Below the pieces are notes generated by a model, which saw nothing but the letters and a program-made list of their open reading frames with translations, searched no databases and was not told the origin of the DNA. A program made the position numbers and the translations under genes. A DNA stretch of 63,902 nucleotides, filler included, from Octopus bimaculoides (Eukaryota), in the NCBI RefSeq assembly GCF_001194135.2. It is 5 parts of 4 records of this genome, joined end to end, with 100 filler letters (N's around TTAATTAATTAA, not from the genome) between each part and the next. Parts side by side here need not be neighbours in the genome. Positions count along the whole stretch, not along the records: positions 13,409 to 44,519 come from NC_068986.1; positions 44,620 to 57,758 come from NC_069009.1; 3 more parts are not named here. One strand, written 5' to 3'. Of the stretch, positions 40,255 to 54,741 are shown piece after piece. The number at the start of each line of letters is the position of its first letter. Position 1 is the first letter of the stretch.

Positions 40255-41200
40255 GTAACAATGTTATCTTTATTTGCCACATGGGCGCTGAGAGCGAGGA
40301 ACATTGCAAAGATGAAATAGATATATACACATACACATAAAGAAGAAACTCTGCATAAACTGTGGATTGATGTATCGAATAGAAAACTAATATAAAATAT
40401 GCGATCATAAAACTCATATGCAATATCTTATACAACAACCAGTAAATCGAAGGGACACGTAATCTTTGATGCTCCTCGGGCGTCATTAGATGTTTCGGGT
40501 CAGTGGTTGGCTTGAGAGCTCTTCGCTTTCTAGCCCTTGTGATATGCAACATATTGTAGTCATCGCTGAAGGATCTCGTATTTGTTGTCGTTGAATGCTC
40601 AGTCTATTTCTCAGAGTAAGCTTTGTTTGACCTATGTAGTCTTCATTACATCCTTGACATTTGATAGCATATATTAAATTCCTTGAATATGTAATGTGAT
40701 TTTTTATGGTAAAGATCAGTCCTGATTTGAATCTGTATGTTGTGTCTTCAATAAGGTTGATGCAGGTCCCGCAATTGGAGCGGCCACATTTTTTGACGTA
40801 GCGGGGAACCTACAAAAATTTCTAAGACCAGTCATGTCGCTATTCACTACCAATCAAATCCTATTCAAAACATATACTAATCTGAGTCATAAACTTTCTA
40901 TAAAAATAGAGCAAGCTTCTCTTCACACAAGTTGTTAACGATACCTATGCTCATCCATACTTAAAGTCCCGGTTAACTATCTGGCAGAGTGGCTCATGCA
41001 GATGTTTCCACATTAATCTTGCTTTACTTTTTCCCAACATTTCTTACATTACTGGTAGACTTTGAGGAGAATGCCTCTTCATGCATATTTTGTGTTGTTC
41101 TTGTAATTTTGATCACCCTTCTTGTTGTTGTTATCGTTCTTAGAGCTGTTACTCTTTGACATCGCTGACATTAATATCCTTAAAATGAAGATTATGTTCC
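40255..41200 (-). mobile_element. Penelope-like element fragment with GIY-YIG endonuclease
   Basis: Minus-strand 40690-40571 reads NLIYAIKCQGCNEDYIGQTKLTLRNRLSIQRQQIRDP (LIY...CxxC...YIG), characteristic of PLE GIY-YIG. Flanking frames are broken. Confidence 0.78.
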
Positions 41201-41689
41201 TGTTGTAGGCGATATTGATTGCATTTAAAGATGTTGAACTAAATCCATCAGTCAAAATTTAAGAGAAGAAACTAAAGGCAGTCAAAACGAAAGGTGAGTA
41301 GATTTATTGGAAAAGTGGGGGGCAAAAATGGAATGAGAAGATTATAGAGAAAATGGGAGAAGGAAATATGGAGTGCAAAAAGATGCAAAGGAAAAGAGCG
41401 GGAGAAAAAGAGAGAAGAAGGGAAGGAAAATATAAAAAAAGAAACAACGAAGAAAGAATGAAAAGGGGAAGATAAGGAACGACAGTATCAATGAACGAAT
41501 GAAAGAAAGAAGGAAGGTTAGTCCTAACGAATGCGAAACGTGACTTGTTTGAGAAGAGTAAAAATTTCAAAAGGTAAATGAAAGAATCCCCCTTACTCTG
41601 TCGCTCTTCTCTCTTTCTGTCTACATTCTATATACTCCCCCCCTCTCTCTTTCTAACTGCTCCTTCAACTAAGATTGATGATTTTACGT

Positions 41690-42430
41690 ATGGGTTTCCA
41701 GCCTGCGCCGTCTTGGTTGAAGGAACAGTACTGAAAGCGGCGGACAAGTTTGTCTGCTTGGGCAGCACGCTCAGCCGTTCTGGCTTCTTTGATGACGAAA
41801 TGTATTCAAGACTTCAGAAGGCAACAGATTCCTTCAGGGCTCTTGAGTTTCGTGTCTGGTCCCAACATGGCATCAAAAGGCAAGCAAAAGTTGCTGTGTA
41901 CTGAGCATGCGTATTGATGTCACTCCTTTACTCATGTGAGACATAAGTAAAGTGCAAGCGTCATGTAAAGATCCTTGGACACTTCCATCAGAGATGTTTG
42001 TGACATAGTCTGAATGTTGACTGGTCCAAGCGAATCCTATACAGAGATCTTGGTGGGAGCCATCATTTAGCATTGAAACTATGGTGCACAATCATTGTTT
42101 ATGAATGATCAAAAGATTCCTAAACAGATGCTCTACGGTGAACTTGTTTGTGAAAAAGCGCCCCCATTAGAAACCAAGACTACGAATTAAGGACTGTGTA
42201 AAGTCCTCGTTGAAGGCAAGGGAGATATGGAAGGTGATATGGGAAAGTAATGCTTATCATCGCCAACAATGGAAGAAACAAGTAAAGGAAGGAATGAGTA
42301 TGCATTTTTGAGCTGCTCCAAAAAGATACCATCAGTGTAACGGATGGGATTGGTCTTCAGTATCTGCGAATATCTATGTTTATCAGTAGCTGGGTTTGTT
42401 AGTCACCAGTGGAGCCACAAATGTAAAATA
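41690..42430 (+). mobile_element. RTE (BovB-like) LINE C-terminal fragment
   Basis: VLKAADKFVCLGSTLS...RLQKATDSFRALEFRVWSQHGIKRQAKVAVY...LLYSCET; same family as 58230-58661. Confidence 0.82.
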
Positions 42431-42514
42431 TTATTTCACTTGAGTGCACAATGTTTTTAATGAGCAATGATGGTCTTCCTCGGTCACGAGTGGACAGTCA
42501 TCTTATATATACAC

Positions 42515-42518
<4 letters not shown>

Positions 42519-42577
<59 letters not shown>
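42519..42577. repeat. (GA)n microsatellite
   Basis: Direct reading. Confidence 0.97.
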
Positions 42578-42581
<4 letters not shown>

Positions 42582-43128
42582 TATACCGTGATTATATAGA
42601 TGGCATCGTTGGTGCTTACGGTGCAAGAATTTCATCATTTTAATACCGTCGGTATCTAAATAATGCCATCCCTATTATAGGAATATCATCGATATATCAG
42701 TGACGCCATAACGGTACGTAACTGCTCGACCTTCTTATCGCAAACTATCATCTTGGAAAGAGAATGGCATTATCTAAGGGATACATACTATGCTTAAAAG
42801 AAAAAAAAAAGATAGGGGTAGTCATCATTGAACTACCTTTGAGCTGTTCGGTCGTGACTGACATGGAACTTAAGAATTAAAAGGGATATTTTTGTTCAAA
42901 ACACTTTATTTTTACCATTGTGGTGTCATTATTCTTATAATGATCCTTGTGATATCCTTGCTGTTCTAGTGTCGTCAACGCTCTTAACAATGATATCATT
43001 ATCAAAGTGATACCACTAGAACCATAGATACGTGGTACGATGGATTAGAGATTTATGGTATCGCAATAATCTAGACGGAATATTGTAATCGAAAGCAGAA
43101 AACGGACTCGGTTTAAGTAGTTTTCTCT

Positions 43129-43401
43129 CAGTGGCTCTCCACCGGGGTCCATTTAACCCTTGGGGATCCATTTAACCCTTGGGGATCCATTTAAGATTTT
43201 GTTGTTAGAATTTATGTGCAATTAATTGGCTATATTTCTACAATACACAAAATATTTTAACATTTATTTTATACAATTTCTAATAATATTAATTTACAAA
43301 AATACAATACGACTTTTTAAAACAGTGAATAGCTATGGTCTACCGGAGTGAAATAAGAATCAAATGGATTCATAGGGGAAAAAAATGGTCTCGAACTACT
43401 G
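43129..43401. mobile_element. hAT-like MITE, related to 14809-15052
   Basis: Termini CAGTGGCTCTCCACC and GGTCTCGAACTACTG; internal 19-bp tandem CCATTTAACCCTTGGGGAT; no clear TSD. Confidence 0.5.
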
Positions 43402-44300
43402 ATCTAGCCGATCAGTTACCATATATTAACATCTCTGAACACGTCTAATGTTGCTTATTTAAGACGGCAATACTGCAGAGTGGCAGAAAGGCCTTAGTGC
43501 ATTATTGTTTTTACTTCCGATCCTCTATGTCTAGGTTAGAATTCCATTAAGGATAGACTTTGCTTTTGATACTCTTCGGATTTAATAAAATGTATAGCAT
43601 GCTTGTATACCTCAACCCTACAAATGCTTGGCCTTGTGACAATGTATAAAAGCAAGATATTTTTAGGGTGACCTACGTGGTAGAGCGCAGACTATAGAAC
43701 CATGCAAGTATTAGTTACGTCGTTTATGCTATGTGTCTTAAATTCCGCCATCTTGCCGGAGTGAATTTTCCGTCCATCCCTCTTGGGACCGATAAAAAGT
43801 ACATAAAAGAAACATACTGCCGTCCATTCAATAGTCTACGCAGCCCATGCAGCATTGCTTACTAAATGAGGCCTTGTGCTTTTGTAAAAAATAAATAGAT
43901 AACTTATTTTAGATTAAAAAAAAAAATCTTAAGTAATTTTATCCTTAAGAAAATATCGTTCAAAACTCCCTCAAGACTCAGCACAACTTCATAGCAATTC
44001 TTTCTTACCAGCTAACTTTGTTACATAATATCTGATATTTAATATTCCCTAAATTTTGGTTCGACAGACAGAATTTTAAGTTTGCAGACTTGACACTTTT
44101 TCGCGAAATCATACCAGTATTTCAATTTTTTTTCTTCTTCTAATTTTGATATATTTTCTTTTAGTTTTCTTTCTTCTTTCTTTTCTATCTTTTTACTTTT
44201 TTTCTTTTTACTTTTTTTCTTTCCTACATTTTATCTTTTCCACTTTTTTTTTATAACCCTGCCTTACATTTATATTCTTTGAATTTGTGTTATATCTGCG

Positions 44301-44302
<2 letters not shown>

Positions 44303-44356
<54 letters not shown>
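44303..44356. repeat. (AC)n microsatellite
   Basis: Direct reading. Confidence 0.97.
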
Positions 44357-44359
<3 letters not shown>

Positions 44360-44519
44360 AACTATAATTACAAGTTTTCTTCCGTTCACTTTTTCCTTTC
44401 ATTCTATCTTTCTGCTTGGCCTTTCATTCTTATACCTATAAATTTCCACTTTAAATTTATCTTTTCTTTCTCTGCTCTATCTCGTCCTTTTTCACATTTT
44501 CCTGAATCTGTGTATCTAT

Positions 44520-44619
44520 NNNNNNNNNNNNNNNNNNNNNNNNNNNNNNNNNNNNNNNNNNNNTTAATTAATTAANNNNNNNNNNNNNNNNNNNNNNNNN
44601 NNNNNNNNNNNNNNNNNNN
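44520..44619. other. Synthetic assembly spacer
   Basis: N44-TTAATTAATTAA-N44. Confidence 0.95.
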
Positions 44620-44620
44620 T

Positions 44621-44873
44621 CTTAGACACCTTCAGATTATTTGTACCGTCTTAGACACCTTCGGATTATTTGTACCTTCTTAGACATCTTTAGATTATTT
44701 GTACCTTCTTAGAAACCTTCGGATTATTTGTACCTTCTTAGACACCTTCAGATTATTTGTACCTTCTTAGACACCTTCAGGTTATTTGTACCGTCTTAGA
44801 CATCTTCAGATTATTTGTACCGTCTTAGACACCTTCGGATTATTTGTACCTTTTTAGACACCTTCAGATTATT
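44621..44873. repeat. 29-bp minisatellite, about 8.7 units
   Basis: Unit CTTAGACACCTTCAGATTATTTGTACC(G/T)T starts at 44621, 44650, 44679 and so on. Confidence 0.95.
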
Positions 44874-45312
44874 GGAGACAGCCACTGTCACGTTTATAAC
44901 TATTTCTTTATTACTTTAATTATTATGACAGCAAGTGACCTTACCTCAATATTAAAGCCTCCTTTTGTACTGGATTTGGGTACATTTATAAATCTTTTTG
45001 TGGTCCTCATTTAACATCTATAAGTGACGTAACGTTACAATTTTGAGAAGATATGTATAGATATTAAAGAAACTATTGCTCAGTATAACATCAAATGCAA
45101 AGTGCTAGAGAAGTGCAGACCAGACATTCCTGAAAGATAGTAGGAGCTGTAGATTCTGTATAACAGAGAAACGAAGAAAAGTGAAGGACTCCCTCAGCCC
45201 AGACGCATACCTAGGAAATAAAAACGACAGTTTTCCATTTTGACACCATAAATGTAGAAAATTACTATTTTAAAATCTCACAACGTGAGATATTCAGCAG
45301 CAGTATCTTATA

Positions 45313-45477
45313 GTAAAGATTGTTTGCCAACATAACATGGTTTAGGACTGCCATGGTATGTTCCCAGCTGGCTATACGACACGATCTGTGTCCTTATATT
45401 TTCGAAAAAGAAGCTAAATTACAGCACCATTCGTCCTAAACCAGGACTGCCACGTTATGTTGGCAAACAATCTTTAC
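45313..45477. mobile_element. TA-flanked MITE
   Basis: 45311-45340 matches the reverse complement of 45450-45479 at 29/30 (TAGTAAAGATTGTTTGCCAACATAAC(A/G)TGG); a further inner match GGTTTAGGAC/GTCCTAAACC. Confidence 0.75.
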
Positions 45478-45613
45478 TACCCTCAATGTATTTCTATAAT
45501 TACATGGCTTGCTAGGTACTCCATATAAATAGGGATCGGTTATTTTCCATCTTCATATATATTGTTCATTTTTTATCTATACTTATGTTTGTTCATTTCC
45601 TACTTATTTTCAG

Positions 45614-45841
45614 ACATCAACGAATGTAGGTGCAACAATGGTGGCTGTCCTTTCCCCTACAGATGTATTAACAGACCCGGACACCACTACTGTGATTGCC
45701 CCTTCGGGTTTGGAGTTAAAGGGAATATGTGTCACCTTTTGATACCTCAAAAGAACTTGAACTTTACTCTCCCCAATAATCCAACTGTCATACCAAGAAT
45801 GAAGCCACAAGTACATTCCACAACGTTGGCACCAAATAAAG
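45614..45841 (+). CDS. Internal coding exon: calcium-binding-type EGF-like domain plus Pro/Thr-rich linker of an extracellular protein
   Basis: Acceptor TTATTTTCAG (AG at 45612-45613); phase-1 entry (G)AC ATC AAC GAA TGT = DINEC; sequence DINECRCNNGGCPFPYRCINRPGHHYCDCPFGFGVKGNMCH...NFT...; donor AAG|GTTAAA after 45841; 228 nt, symmetric phase 1-1 as typical of EGF-module exons. Confidence 0.85.
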
Positions 45842-46410
45842 GTTAAATCAGAGGCGAGGCAAGATGGTCATAAATGAAATGCCTACCATTTGTCTTTTTG
45901 ATAATTCTCCTCGATCGAAGCTTACATGGAATCTAAACATCTACATAAAAAATAATCGACTGTTACTCTCTACTATATTATACATTATAAATTATACTCC
46001 TACTTAAATAGTTTAAATCCTTACTACATGGTAATAAAATAATTAGCATCGACTTAAACAAAACATTGGAAGCGTAATCACCGACCAATATCAAACGTTT
46101 CGCCGCGGAACTTCTTTGTGCGGGGTAACCTCCATAGCAAGTCATTTTTTTAGGTGACGTCCATATGACATAGGACACCTCTGTCTTACATGACCACTTC
46201 ATCAAGTCATCATCACTCCAGGACATGTGATAACAATCTTATCACCCCACTATGTCACTTATACAATACATCATCGTTGTGTATGCTTCGAGTTTTTATT
46301 AATTCAGTAATTTCGTTGTATTAGTTAAATAAATGACCATTGCATTTATCTCTCTGTCTCTTAATGTAGCAACTGTGAAGAGTAATCCCTACCGTACGTA
46401 TATATATGTA

Positions 46411-46518
46411 TGTCTATGTGTCCGTGTGTGTCTATGTGTCCGTGTGTGTCTATGTGTCCGTGTGTGTCTATGTGTCCGTGTGTCTCTATGTGTCCGTGTG
46501 TGTCTATGTGTCCGTGTG
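46411..46518. repeat. 18-bp tandem repeat x6
   Basis: Unit TGTCTATGTGTCCGTGTG. Confidence 0.95.
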
Positions 46519-46699
46519 CTTGTGTGTGTGTAATAAAATTAAATGACAAGGGAATAAGCAATGATATAATGATCTTTAATTGGCTTGCAGCTGTTTCTGC
46601 TATTAGATGCAAAGCATTCACAGTTGTGTGTTTGTGCAAGTATGGCTGATTAGAATTTAGAACATGTTTTTCTGTTTTGTGTGGAGAATGGGATTTCGC

Positions 46700-47550
46700 T
46701 TGTTAGACGGTTGATTTGCCGTTAAACATCCACTGCATGGAGCACTGGGCGTGACGTGGCTGATGATACACAGACATGCGCTGAGGTTTCTTTGACTGAG
46801 GGCAGGTGTGGTCGCCGTACTGAATTAGAACGTCTGTTACCTAGCTGACATCAGGGACCAGTCGAGTGATGCGATGGGAAAAGTTGTATTTCTGCGTTTT
46901 GTAGAGATTTGATGACCACCAAGAGCGAGAGCGTTCTGGAAGGCACTCTGGGCGTCGACGAAAATCACCACGACCTCTTTCAGTCCTGGGCGTATGGATA
47001 ATTTCAGAAATGCTGAACCTGGCAGTGTTAACAGATTATTGTTTTTTGGGGGATAAATTGTATAGGCACGTAAGTAGTCGGGCTTACCCGAGATGCGTGA
47101 GGACTGAGGGAGCCATCCTACGCGCATTTGTCAATGCACAAACATTGCTGGCTGGTGAAGTTAAGTCCATCTAACTGCCTTTCATTAGTCGAGAAGGAGA
47201 GGTATGTTTCCTCTGCCGGGTGGCTATAGTGAAAGGGGTTGTGTGGTGGACATGACTGAACAGATTGAAGACAGACACTTCTTCTCCGTCAAGCTCTCAT
47301 CGACCTTTTCAGATTCCATTTGAAAAGGAAGGTAAGAATAAAAAGGGACGTGGCGCCCCCACCCCAGTATTGAAAGGTGGATGCATGTGACATGGATGGC
47401 CCAAGTGAGTAGGCTTACTCTTGGCTTCCGTTTGTAGGACAGGGAGTACTTATGGGGGAAAGGAGCCCCCAATGGTACAATTCGCAGACGGAATGATCCA
47501 GTATCTGTATGATTCCTTGTTGACTCCTAACGGGAACTCCCTACCATTGA
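46700..47550 (-). mobile_element. Decayed RNase H-bearing LINE fragment (I/Ingi-like)
   Basis: Minus strand has (Y)xDGS at 47117-47109 and EVVVIFVDAQSAFQNAL, the RNase H 'V.IFSDSQSAL' motif; frames are broken. Confidence 0.5.
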
Positions 47551-47699
47551 GGGGTTTTTTGTCATATGTTTGTTAATTGTTATAGTTTTTATTACTGTCA
47601 CGTGTATTGTGTTGAGTCAAAAGTTTTGCCATATCGGAGCAAGTATAAACCCGAGAAGTGCTTAGTATGGCTTCAGCTCGATTCCCCGTACAATGTCAT

Positions 47700-48070
47700 A
47701 TATCCATTCCAGAAAGTGGCATTGATGGTTCAAGCGGCCGGAACGAACTCGTAGTGAATTATCCCCTGGTAAACCCATCAGACGCAAAGCATCACCTTGC
47801 CTACGAAACGCGCATGTTTGGCGACGAGTTCAGGAAGCTGGCCCCTGCTTAACCACTGCTTATGAAGGTGTCGGAAAAAATATGTCCCTCTTTTTTTTAT
47901 TACTTGTTCCGATCACTTTCTCTGCTGCGACGCTTCATCAACCGAGAGAAGATGGAAGCTTCAGTGAAAGAGTTCTTCGTCTCAAGGACAAGAATTGGTA
48001 TCAGCGTGGGGTCAAAGAATCGGTAGAATGGTGGCTACAGATGGTGCAACATCATGACATCTATTTTATA
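47700..48070 (+). mobile_element. Possible decayed Penelope GIY-YIG C-terminus
   Basis: VLRLKDKNWYQRGVKES resembles the PLE 'ILD.E..WF.RGVKEA' motif; upstream match is weak. Confidence 0.4.
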
Positions 48071-48345
48071 TGCTAGGCTGCTGTTGTTGTAACTTGACAA
48101 ATCAAAAATGTAAATTGATCAAAATATTGCAAAGCGTTTGACTCAAGGCAATATATATAAATCACTGCTGCCATTTGTTTTTCTATTTAACAAATACTTT
48201 GCATCTCTCGTGGGAAATGGTATTTACGGATTAAAGAAGGCCGAACAGTTTGCGGAAAGACACCGACTCTCACTTCGCTCAAACGCTCATCGACTTTATT
48301 CAAGTTCCACTGGGGAAGGAAAGTGAGAGTGGAGAAGAGTTACTC

Positions 48346-48346
<1 letters not shown>

Positions 48347-48380
<34 letters not shown>

Positions 48381-48405
48381 ATCTTTCTTTCTGTCTTTCT
48401 TTCTT

Positions 48406-48436
<31 letters not shown>

Positions 48437-48460
48437 CCATCTTTCTCTCTCTTCTTTCTC
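48347..48460. repeat. (TTTC)n microsatellite
   Basis: Direct reading. Confidence 0.95.
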
Positions 48461-48812
48461 TGTCCCCCTGTGAATTTCGCACACGGAACGTGACTGTGGT
48501 AAAAATGGTTAGGGGAATTAACCTACTTTATGCATGCACCTGTAGAATGAAGGAAAACAGTCGGTGAAGGGTTTGTGATCTCCGTTGTCTGGCTAACCCT
48601 TGAACTGTAGAATTCCTTGATTGCTGCTAGTTGGATGCCCTTCTGTATCAAAACGCTTACATCATCGATGTGCTCACATATTTTCTATAGTCTTTAATCG
48701 TATTTCTCCCTCCTCTCTCTTACTTGCATCTGGTATGTTAACTCCTCCCACACAAATTATACTCCCTCCACTTCATGTAACTCACATTTGATATTTCTGA
48801 GTGTCACATAAA

Positions 48813-48843
<31 letters not shown>

Positions 48844-48870
48844 CTTCTTCTTCTTCTTCTTCTTCTTCTT
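48813..48870. repeat. (CTT)n microsatellite
   Basis: Direct reading. Confidence 0.97.
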
Positions 48871-49304
48871 TCAATTTTGTTTCCATCTCTTGCTGAGTGT
48901 CTTCCCAGCACCTAGGGGCAAAGAAACTTACTGTATACATTGGTAGGCTATTAAAATACGAAGTCAGGTTTTAGAAAAAAAGAGAAATAAGACAGAGGAA
49001 AGAAGAGAAAAATACGAAAAATTGAAAAACGAAAACTAATAAAATAAGTGGGGAAGAGAGAAAATTCACAGTGACAATACTATTCTTAATATGCTTACCA
49101 ATTATGACAATTTTTTTTGCATTTCCTGCATGGATGGTAAGCCAAGGATCATTCTCAATCACTGGTGTTGTAACCGCCTTGAAATGCACATTTTTTTTTC
49201 AATTTCAATTGTTATATGTTCTGAGCTTGTAAAATTCTTTTGCCAAGATATTATGATCACAGGGTATGCTCATGTAAATCATTAAACCAAATTTATTATT
49301 TCGA

Positions 49305-50090
49305 TCTTTCACAACAATATCTGGTTTATGAGCTCTCATAATTCTGTCTGTGTGTACCTGAAAGTCTCACAGAATCGTTACATTTTCTCCTTCAATTACA
49401 GCTTCAGGGAATTGCTTACACCATTTGTGAACAGTTTTAATATTATAATGCCGACATATTATCCAGTGTAGGCATACACCAACTTTATCATGTCTTGATT
49501 TATACTCCATTGTTGCTAAGCAAGAGCTTAGGTGGTCCACTGTTTCAATTCTAATGATGCAGAATCAGCATTCTGGGTCTACTCAATTTATCATCATATT
49601 AGCTTGGTTGTCCTAGGTCAGTAAGCTTTGATTTAACACAGCTAAGATGAAGGCTTCGATCTCTGCTTTTAACCCGAGGGTAAGTAGACACTGATAGGTG
49701 TGCTTCTGGTCAACAGCAGCTTTTTTATTACGAGTTACATATTTGCCATGCTGACGTTTGTGCACCCAACTATAATACGCCTTTTCTCTTTGCTATTGCT
49801 TTCACCTTCTTTGCAAGGAAAGTTACTGCGCTTCCCTCGTGCTATTCAGCCAGGGTATCATGCATGAATTCGGTAGCAAATTTCTTGCTCTCATTCATCA
49901 CAGAATAAATCTTATTACGCTACTTGTGATTTTCAACGAGTTTTAGCATCCGGTCGTTAGATGTTTCAACATATTTAACCAATCCAGTTATGGTGGTCTC
50001 GCATCCTCATCACCATGATTACCAGCAGAGGCAGCAGCATCTTTACCATCACCATTCTTAGTATGGGATCCGATCTCAGACTGAAATAAA
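49305..50090 (-). mobile_element. R4/Dong-like RLE LINE fragment 1
   Basis: EIEAFILAV.NQSLLT...ETVDHL...EYKSRHDKVGVCLHW...HKPDIVVK. Confidence 0.78.
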
Positions 50091-50303
50091 TCACTCAGGC
50101 ACAATCCTGATTTATCTCCCGCATCTCATAATAAAGTCATATAAAGCATTTGATCACTTTGGAGTAAACAAAACAAGTACAAGTCAACGAAAGAGGTGGA
50201 GGTAACTGATTTCCCCCTCCCCTCAAAAGCTGCTGACCCGTCCCAAATAAGAAACTGTTGCTATTATCATTGTTGTTGTTGTTGATGTAGTTGTTGTTGC
50301 TAT

Positions 50304-52331
<2,028 letters not shown>

Positions 52332-52332
52332 A

Positions 52333-52397
<65 letters not shown>
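52333..52397. repeat. (ATT)n microsatellite / LINE tail
   Basis: Separates two head-to-tail RLE LINEs. Confidence 0.97.
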
Positions 52398-52398
<1 letters not shown>

Positions 52399-53255
52399 AT
52401 GAGAACTCTCAGCTTATTTTGCTGGGTACGATGGAAAGTGTCATCTGTCCACAGCCAGCAGACTAAGGTGACACTTGTTTATTGTTCATGCTTCAAGAAC
52501 CCTACGAAGAATTCTTGCAGCTCGAAGCAATGCTGATTTTCGTAAGTGATCTACCTTCACATTTGCACCGATCTCTTTCAGCCATGTTGGTAACTGAGTG
52601 CTGATACTTCCAAGTGCACCAATTACTATTGTTATCACGTCTCTCTTTATTGACTAAAAGCTTTGTAATTCCCACTTCAAAAAGTCATAGTTGTTCATTT
52701 CTTCTTCTTCATTCACATTGATCCTGTTGCCACCGGAGCATGCTATTTCGATTATCATAGATGTTCTTTCTTCTTTATTCACCACAACACTATCTAGTTT
52801 CTGATGTCTGGCCAGGTGATCGCACTGGATCATTTCATCCCACAGGATTCTGCAATTCTCATCTTTGGTGACTCCTTCTGGGGTTCGTTCATACCACGTC
52901 TTTACTCTTTGTAGGCCGTGATTTCCACAGAGCTCCTAATGGATCATTCTTGCCACATTGCCATGGCGTCTTTTGTATTCCTGTTGAGCGCCAATTTCGG
53001 GCATTCGCTAACGATGTGCCATAATGTCTCACGCTTCTCACCATACATTCTGCATTTGTCGCTATCAGTAGTGTTGTCTATTTTGCACTTCACATAGTTG
53101 GTCCTTAAAGCTTGCTCTTGAGCTGCGCATATAAGTGCTTCTCTCTGTATCTTCTTGTCACTCATCCTCAACCCTAGCTACCGTCCTCTGTATCTGTCTT
53201 GGCGTTCATATCTCTTGAAAACTGACCATACAAGCAGGCAGCATTCATCAACTTA
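52398..53255 (-). mobile_element. R4/Dong-like RLE LINE fragment 3 (different subfamily)
   Basis: EALICAAQEQALRTNYVK...KCRM...ETLWHIVSECPKLA...RHGNVARMIH...ILWDEMIQCDH...ARILRRVLEA*, with its own 3' UTR and (TAA)n tail. Confidence 0.88.
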
Positions 53256-53435
53256 AACAAAGAGACTGTCCAGAAGAGTTTCAGGAGATTGCGAAGTTGT
53301 TTTGAGGGCATGATTTATGCCAATGTCGATTTAATTGAATAATTTTATGTAATTTTGGTAAATATATCTGTTAAAATGAGATGTCAGTGTTATTTTCCTT
53401 TTTGCGTAACTTAGACGACAATATATTCACCGCAC

Positions 53436-53470
<35 letters not shown>

Positions 53471-54741
53471 NNNNNNNNNNNNNNNNNNNNNNNNNNNNNN
53501 NNNNNNNNNNNNNNNNNNNNNNNNNNNNNNNNNNNNNNNNNNNNNNNNNNNNNNNNNNNNNNNNNNNNNNNNNNNNNNNNNNNNNNNNNNNNNNNNNNNN
53601 NNNNNNNNNNNNNNNNNNNNNNNNNNNNNNNNNNNNNNNNNNNNNNNNNNNNNNNNNNNNNNNNNNNNNNNNNNNNNNNNNNNNNNNNNNNNNNNNNNNN
53701 NNNNNNNNNNNNNNNNNNNNNNNNNNNNNNNNNNNNNNNNNNNNNNNNNNNNNNNNNNNNNNNNNNNNNNNNNNNNNNNNNNNNNNNNNNNNNNNNNNNN
53801 NNNNNNNNNNNNNNNNNNNNNNNNNNNNNNNNNNNNNNNNNNNNNNNNNNNNNNNNNNNNNNNNNNNNNNNNNNNNNNNNNNNNNNNNNNNNNNNNNNNN
53901 NNNNNNNNNNNNNNNNNNNNNNNNNNNNNNNNNNNNNNNNNNNNNNNNNNNNNNNNNNNNNNNNNNNNNNNNNNNNNNNTATATATATATATATATATAT
54001 CGATATTCATGCAATAAGGAATATGTACTCAATCCCTTAAGCGTTACAAAAAAGGCATTCTGAGGGGAATGGTAAGTCGATTACACTGACCTGGTGCTAA
54101 AGGGTAATTATGATATCGGAACTGAAAAGAGGAAAAGCAAAGTCGACCGCAGCGCAATTTGATTTGAGTACGTAAAGAGCCAGAAGAAAGTACAGTTAAG
54201 CAATTAGCTCGTCGCGCTAATGAATCTGTTAGCTTTCCGCTTTGGCATTTGATTACAATAACACGAACAGCAGAAGTGAGATTATCATTGGCGTTTGCTC
54301 CGTGGTCCAAGTTGTCTCATATGACTGAACAGATTATGTGGTACCTCGCCCATTGTGTCGAACGCAAAGTTCAAACCATAGTCAAGAGATAATGAGGCTG
54401 ACGGCGGCGACGACGACGACGATGGTGCTGAGAAATTAAGATAGAAATTAAACCAAATTCGTTGCCGTTAAACTTCTCAAGGGAAGTAAATATCAAGGAA
54501 GGGTAAAGAGTATTTCCCCCTGAACGAATACAATTACGTGGTATTGCATGAGATGGCTTGTAAGTGTAGACATAAATGTTAGTAATATGAGTAACATCTC
54601 TCCCAAATCCATCAAATTGTTTTATACAAGGAAGAGTACATTTTAATACATTATAGAAGCTACACCTTATACATTATACTTACATAAATACATTCATAAG
54701 TGCATAGATATGTGTGTATGTATGTGTGTATGTATACATAC

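Noticed and set aside
44621-44873. CRISPR-like appearance of the 29-bp repeats
   Set aside because: Units are contiguous with no unique spacers, the context is eukaryotic, and there are no cas genes.
48209-48216. CGTGGGAA CSL/Su(H) site
   Set aside because: A single 8-mer in 64 kb is compatible with chance.
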